NCBI GenBank assembly: GCA_035528235.1
Contig: DATKZB010000134.1
Coordinates: forward strand, 1-46,899
Source of the DNA: Phycisphaerae bacterium
GTDB lineage: Bacteria > Planctomycetota > Phycisphaerae > FEN-1346
Length of the DNA: 46,899 nt
Direction of reading: 5' to 3'
Under the pieces are notes generated by a model that saw nothing but the letters and a program-made list of their open reading frames with translations, made no database searches and was not told where the DNA came from. Shown one piece after another: positions 42,731 through 46,899 of the stretch. Position 1 is the first letter of the stretch. Each line of letters starts with the position of its first letter. Position numbers and translations under genes: made by a program.

Positions 42731-45700
42731 GGTTCTCACCCCCTTCGCTCTGCGAGCCTTCAGCGGGCGGCGGGGCGTCCGGCTGAGGCGGCGGGGCCGG
42801 CGGCCTGGCCGCGGCGACGCGAGCGGCGCGGGCGCGGGCCGCCTCGATGGCCTCGCGGCGGGCCTTCCTGCGGGCGATGACGTGCGGGTCGCGCGGACGC
42901 GTCCACACCAGGTACCACACCAGCCAGATGACCAGAACGATGAAGATGGCGGCAAACATGACTCCGCCGGCAACCTGCCGCACGAAGTTCGGCGCAAAGA
43001 CGCCCAGCAGGACCAGCAGGACGATAAACGCCCCCGCGGCCACGCACCGCGTCGTCCACGGCCTCAGCGCCAGGGCGATGCCGATGACGAAGATGACGGC
43101 GAACACCGCCACGGCCAGCCAGTTGCCGTCCATGGCGACCAGGCGCAGGCGTCCCTCGGGCGGGGCGGCGGGCTTCAGCGTCGAGAACAGGTACGCCTGC
43201 CCGTCGGTCTGGAAAGTCTGCTCGGCGCCGCCCTCGACGTTCAGGCCCTCGCGGACCCACGCGATGAGCCCGGCGTCGGCCCTCCGGGGCACCGGGCGCC
43301 ACAGGTCTTCGCCCAGATGCCACACCACTTCCTCGGTCCACGGGCCGACGAAGCCCAGGTAGGCCCACTCGCTCGGCAGCCACGCCGACAGGTACACCTT
43401 CTGGACGGCGGGTTCCTCGGGGAAGACCGGGCACTCCAGCGCCAGGCCCGCGCCGCTGACGGTGTACCGCAGTTCCAGCAGGAACGGTTCGCCGGCCTGT
43501 TGCCCCACGAGGGGCACGAAGAAGGTGTTGCCCTCCTTGTCGCCGCGCTCGAGCGAGACGGCCCGGCCGTTGAGGCGCAGGGGTTCGGTGTCGAACTTCA
43601 CGTTCTCGGGCAGCCGCACCAGCAGCCGCTGCCGCGCACTGCGGGCCTGGTACAGCGCCTGCACGCTCACCAGGTCGCTGCGGGTCACGACGATCCGCAC
43701 GAGGGCCCGCTCGATGCAGGTGTGCTTGATATCTTCGAGTTTGTACATCGTGGCGACGACGGTCAGGGCCCAATCCTCGTGGAACTCGAAGGCCCTGGCG
43801 GCTCCGGGCACCGCGGCCCCGGGCATGAGGTCGTGTTGCGGGTCGATGGGCCGGAGGCCCTTGACCTTTCCCTCGCCCTCGGCCCGCTGGACGTCGATGG
43901 TCTCGGCCTTGGCCAGGACGATCTGGCCCCAGGCGCGGTCGGCGCCCCGGGGAATGAGGCGCGGGATGTCGAGGTTCACGCTCGTGCCGACGTCGAGTTT
44001 CTCGATCTTCTTTTCCCAGGTCAGCCTCACGCCGACCGACCCCATGAACTCGGTGTCGCCGGTCAGTCGCCAAGCCACGTAGCCGTCGGCCAGGTCGTCG
44101 GGTTTCTCGGCGATGGTCTCGTGGCGGACCGTCAGGGGCGTGACGCGGATGTCGGCGGCCAGGTCCTGCGGCACGTCGACGCGCAGGTTCTTCACGCCGC
44201 TGTACAGGACGTCGTAGAACAACTGGGCCGAGTACTTGACGACGCCCGAATCGATTCGCGCCACCAGCAGTTGCCGCGCGGTCACGTGGGGCTTGCGCCG
44301 CTCGGCCGCCAGGGCCAGCGACGCCGGCTCCTGGGTGTAGGCGAACGCCAGGACGGGCCGCTCGCCCTTGTGCTGGCCGCTCGCCATGTTCTGGATGGCT
44401 TCCTGGTGGGTGACGGTCCGCAGGCCGGCCAGTTTGCCGGGGTTGACGCGAAGGCTCTCGGGCGCGTAGACCACGAGGCGGCCCGTCTCGCGTTCGACGC
44501 TCTGGGGCGCCACGCGCGGAATGGCCAGGGGGATGTCGGCGGCCTTGCCGGTGGGCGCCAGCAGGTCGGGCTCGCGCAGGGTCTTGTGGAGTTCCACGGC
44601 CAGGGCCACGGGCCCGAGGGCCTTGCGCGAGAGGTTGACGAGAAGGCGCGTCTTGTCGGGGTCCTGGAGGTGATGCGAATCGACCTGGGCGGCCGGTATC
44701 TTGGCGACGCTCTGGCCGCGAACGCTCCGGACGTCGTAGCCGGCCGGCACGTCGATCTCGAACCGGAAGACCCCGGCCCGCTCCACCGTGTAGACCACCA
44801 GCAGGTTCACCCGCAGGGCCTCGGTGCCCAGGTGGGCCTCGACGAGCGAGTCGGCGAGGACGCGCGGCTGGATCTTCTCGACGCCCAGCGTCAGGTCGAA
44901 CGGCAGGGCGGCGTACCGGTACGAGAAGTCCCACGCGCCCTTGGCCAGGGCGGCGGGGAGTTCGGCGGCGTCGAGTTGCAGCAGGCCCGTGTGGGCGACG
45001 GCCTCGGCCCGCAGGCCCTGGCCCACCTTGACCACGATGACGCCCTGCTGGCGACCCACGCCCACCGCCTTGATGACGGGGGCCTTGACCTGGGGCATCT
45101 GCTCGGCGCTGAACTTCTCGAGGTCCAGCACGAGGCTCTGCTTTTCCTTGGCGGGCTCGAACAACTGGACGGTGATCTTCTGGACCTGGCCGGCGGGCGC
45201 CACCGACCACTCGCGGACGTTCGGGTCGAAGACGCCGGCCACTTTCTGGTCGGCGGGCACCTCGACCTCGAGGCTCCCCAGTTCCGCCCGGCTGATTTCG
45301 TACGCGAGCGTGGCCCGGGTGCGCGCGACGCCCTCCTCGATGGTCGTCTGCTGCTCGACCTGGACGCTGGCCAGCGCCGCCAGGCCCTTGGCCCCTTCGG
45401 CCTTGGGCGTCCAGTCGATGCGGACCGTGGGGGCCGCGCCCACGAACGCCAGCACGACGGTCTCGTTGGCCGCCCCGGCGGCGGGCGGAACCTCGGTAGC
45501 CGCCAGCAGCGGGTGGATGTTCACCTTGACGCCCGACTCCGGTATCCGCACCTCCCACTTGCTGACCGGGGCCTGCGGGCTCTCGAACGACACGCTGTTC
45601 TGGCCCGGGGTCTTGGTGTACGCCTTGGCGAACCCGAGCGTGAGGACCATCGCCTGGGGGGCCTTGCCCTTCTTCTCGACGAGCAACTTGTACCCGCCCT

Positions 45701-46169
45701 TGGGGTCGGCCACGATGCGGGCGGGCTCGTTGCCCAGGGCGGCCTTCGTCAGGGCCACGTCGCCCAGGCGCAGCAGCACTTCGTTCCAGCCCTCCTTGAG
45801 GACCTCGAACTTGATGGTGGCCTCGACGGTGACGACGTCCTTAGAGACGGTGGCCACGCCGGCGATCTCGGTAAGGAGGGCGTCGACGGGCAGTTTGGCC
45901 TCCTCGGGCGGGGCCGTTTTGTCGCGGGCGGCCTTCCAGAGTTCCTGGAACTTTTCGTACGGCAGGAACACGCCGCGACCTTCCTTCTCGAAGATCTCGC
46001 GGAGTTTCGAGTAGGGGATGTAGATGCTCTGCTCGCGGACGGCCTTCGCCTCTTCCGCCGACAGGGGCGCCTTGGCCTCGGGCGCGGGCGCCGCCGCAGG
46101 GGCCGCCGCGGCCCACAGGGTCGCCAGCACCAGTCCGGCCACAACCGGCCATACTCGAGAGGTTCGCAT
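42723..46169 (-). CDS. Large envelope protein (1148 aa) of unrecognised family; single module paralogous to the two halves of the downstream gene
   Basis: The start was chosen at the ATG at 46169 (MRTSRVWPVVAGLVLATLWAAAAPAAAPAPE, a signal peptide). The ectodomain is about 1000 aa. Three TM helices lie at about 42903-43121. A 59-aa basic/Pro-rich tail follows. Confidence 0.8.
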   Translation of the reverse strand: MRTSRVWPVVAGLVLATLWAAAAPAAAPAPEAKAPLSAEEAKAVREQSIYIPYSKLREIFEKEGRGVFLPYEKFQELWKAARDKTAPPEEAKLPVDALLTEIAGVATVSKDVVTVEATIKFEVLKEGWNEVLLRLGDVALTKAALGNEPARIVADPKGGYKLLVEKKGKAPQAMVLTLGFAKAYTKTPGQNSVSFESPQAPVSKWEVRIPESGVKVNIHPLLAATEVPPAAGAANETVVLAFVGAAPTVRIDWTPKAEGAKGLAALASVQVEQQTTIEEGVARTRATLAYEISRAELGSLEVEVPADQKVAGVFDPNVREWSVAPAGQVQKITVQLFEPAKEKQSLVLDLEKFSAEQMPQVKAPVIKAVGVGRQQGVIVVKVGQGLRAEAVAHTGLLQLDAAELPAALAKGAWDFSYRYAALPFDLTLGVEKIQPRVLADSLVEAHLGTEALRVNLLVVYTVERAGVFRFEIDVPAGYDVRSVRGQSVAKIPAAQVDSHHLQDPDKTRLLVNLSRKALGPVALAVELHKTLREPDLLAPTGKAADIPLAIPRVAPQSVERETGRLVVYAPESLRVNPGKLAGLRTVTHQEAIQNMASGQHKGERPVLAFAYTQEPASLALAAERRKPHVTARQLLVARIDSGVVKYSAQLFYDVLYSGVKNLRVDVPQDLAADIRVTPLTVRHETIAEKPDDLADGYVAWRLTGDTEFMGSVGVRLTWEKKIEKLDVGTSVNLDIPRLIPRGADRAWGQIVLAKAETIDVQRAEGEGKVKGLRPIDPQHDLMPGAAVPGAARAFEFHEDWALTVVATMYKLEDIKHTCIERALVRIVVTRSDLVSVQALYQARSARQRLLVRLPENVKFDTEPLRLNGRAVSLERGDKEGNTFFVPLVGQQAGEPFLLELRYTVSGAGLALECPVFPEEPAVQKVYLSAWLPSEWAYLGFVGPWTEEVVWHLGEDLWRPVPRRADAGLIAWVREGLNVEGGAEQTFQTDGQAYLFSTLKPAAPPEGRLRLVAMDGNWLAVAVFAVIFVIGIALALRPWTTRCVAAGAFIVLLVLLGVFAPNFVRQVAGGVMFAAIFIVLVIWLVWYLVWTRPRDPHVIARRKARREAIEAARARAARVAAARPPAPPPQPDAPPPAEGSQSEGGENHA

Positions 46170-46340
46170 GATCAGGCCCTCGGAAATGGATTCATGACGA
46201 TACATTGTGGAGGAAGCCCCCGCCGTCACCGTGCGCACCGGCCGTAGGTCTCTTGAATAGACGCAGCCCCGTCGCCCCGGTTCCCCGCATTTTCGGGCCT
46301 CGCGGCCGCCCCCGCCAGCAAAAAGCCGTCAGTGGCAGCC

Positions 46341-46396
46341 GAACCGCGGCCAATATCCGAGCCGCGGCCAGTATCCGAGCCGCGACCGTCAGGGAG
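46341..46396. repeat. About 2.5 tandem copies of an 18-bp unit GCCGCGGCCA(A/G)TATCCGA
   Basis: The units were read at 46343-46360, 46361-46378 and, degenerate, at 46379-46396. They lie between the giant-gene start and the transposase. Confidence 0.55.
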
Positions 46397-46598
46397 CGGC
46401 AGGCTGGCCGCGTGGCCCCAACGGCGCCGCTCGCTGGCGCTCGCGGCTAGAGCAGTTCACGCTTGATTGTAGCGATACTGGCCTTTCGCAGGTTTTGAGG
46501 ATACCGCGGGCGGATGGGGGAAGCAAGGAAGATGAAAGCGAGCCGGCCCGACGTGCCGAGAGAAGAGTTGCGAAGCGACTCGCACCGGAGGCCGGGCC

Positions 46599-46899
46599 GT
46601 GGCTCGCTATACGATCTCATCGTCATTTCTGGGCGTGGTCTTGAGCGTTCGCCTGGCGTTCTCGAAGCGGTCGTGGCCGTACCTGGTCGCCTGCGCGATC
46701 CCGTGGCTCCTGTGCGCGGGGCAGCGGTCGGTAACGCGTCTTTGGGCGCTCGGGTCCCATCGGCGAAGCCGGTCGGGGTACTACCGGTTCCTGTCGGACG
46801 GCAAGTGGCGATTGGAGGTTTTCTTCCGGTGCCTGTTCGACCTGATGGTTCGGACGTTTCGGGTCTCGGAGTTGACGCTCGTGCTCGACGACACGCTTT
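46599..46899 (+). mobile_element. DDE transposase gene, 5' part only (IS701-like / DDE_5-like N-terminus); the start is uncertain and the gene runs off the window
   Basis: The frame is open from 46536 to the window end, with GC-rich third positions. The translation is ...FLGVVLSVRLAFSKRSWPYLVACAIPWLLCAGQRSVTRLWALGSHRRSRSGYYRFLSDGKWRLEVFFRCLFDLMVRTFRVSELTLVLDDTL. This matches my recollection of the N-terminal layout of this transposase group (GxRTVT, YHRF-S-ARW, LVLDDT). The first candidate start is the GTG at 46599. Confidence 0.5.

Noticed and set aside
36215-42880. 2221-aa plus-strand ORF, together with the 1244-aa ORF 42513..46247 and many ORFs of 100-900 aa, all antisense to the giant genes
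   Set aside because: The translations are monotonous Arg/Gly/Ala/Pro/Asp/His-rich sequence with no signal, TM or domain structure. The minus-strand frames give diverse, structured proteins with SDs and signal peptides. Long antisense ORFs are expected at this GC content.
1-46899. tRNA, rRNA, tmRNA, RNase P or riboswitch candidates
   Set aside because: I found no cloverleaf-like T-arm motif (GGTTCGAATCC type) or other recognisable RNA gene signature by eye. This is a weak negative and should be confirmed with tRNAscan-SE and Infernal.

Overview
46.9 kb of visibly GC-rich bacterial chromosome (GC judged by eye, not computed). Gene content suggests Planctomycetota or a related PVC lineage; this is inference only. 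The supporting content is Tat-signal Gfo/Idh/MocA oxidoreductases, a Tat-signal xylose-isomerase-like TIM barrel, an ECF sigma/anti-sigma pair, a nitrogen-type PTS without permeases, and giant envelope proteins. About three quarters of the window is recognisable housekeeping: clpB (partial), mfd, a SurA-like PPIase, a ferredoxin, panE, ruvX, RNase E/G, hpf-ptsN-ptsH-ptsI, pheA-aroF, and tpiA-secG-pyrE-yicC-gmk-rpoZ-coaC-coaB. The most unusual part is an 11.2 kb minus-strand block (34952-46169). It holds two overlapping genes of 1148 and 2592 aa that I cannot assign to any named family. Together they contain three collinear paralogous modules, each built as signal or anchor, a roughly 1000-aa beta-rich ectodomain, a TM cluster and a basic tail. 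The second gene looks like a fusion of two such modules. A partial DDE transposase lies at the far edge of this block. The window is also rich in several families of intergenic palindromic repeats. These include a roughly 150-bp MITE-like element in two copies, one of which sits in the mfd leader. They also include tandem GTTTAGCC hairpin arrays whose first copy contains the stop codon of the upstream gene in three cases. Other points worth a look are a 5'-truncated beta-helix gene abutting a repeat array, a small well-expressed-looking protein with a Cys-rich tail, split coaC/coaB, and probable leaderless transcripts. No tRNA, rRNA or CRISPR array was seen. Many long ORFs in the supplied track are antisense or shadow ORFs typical of high GC and were not called.
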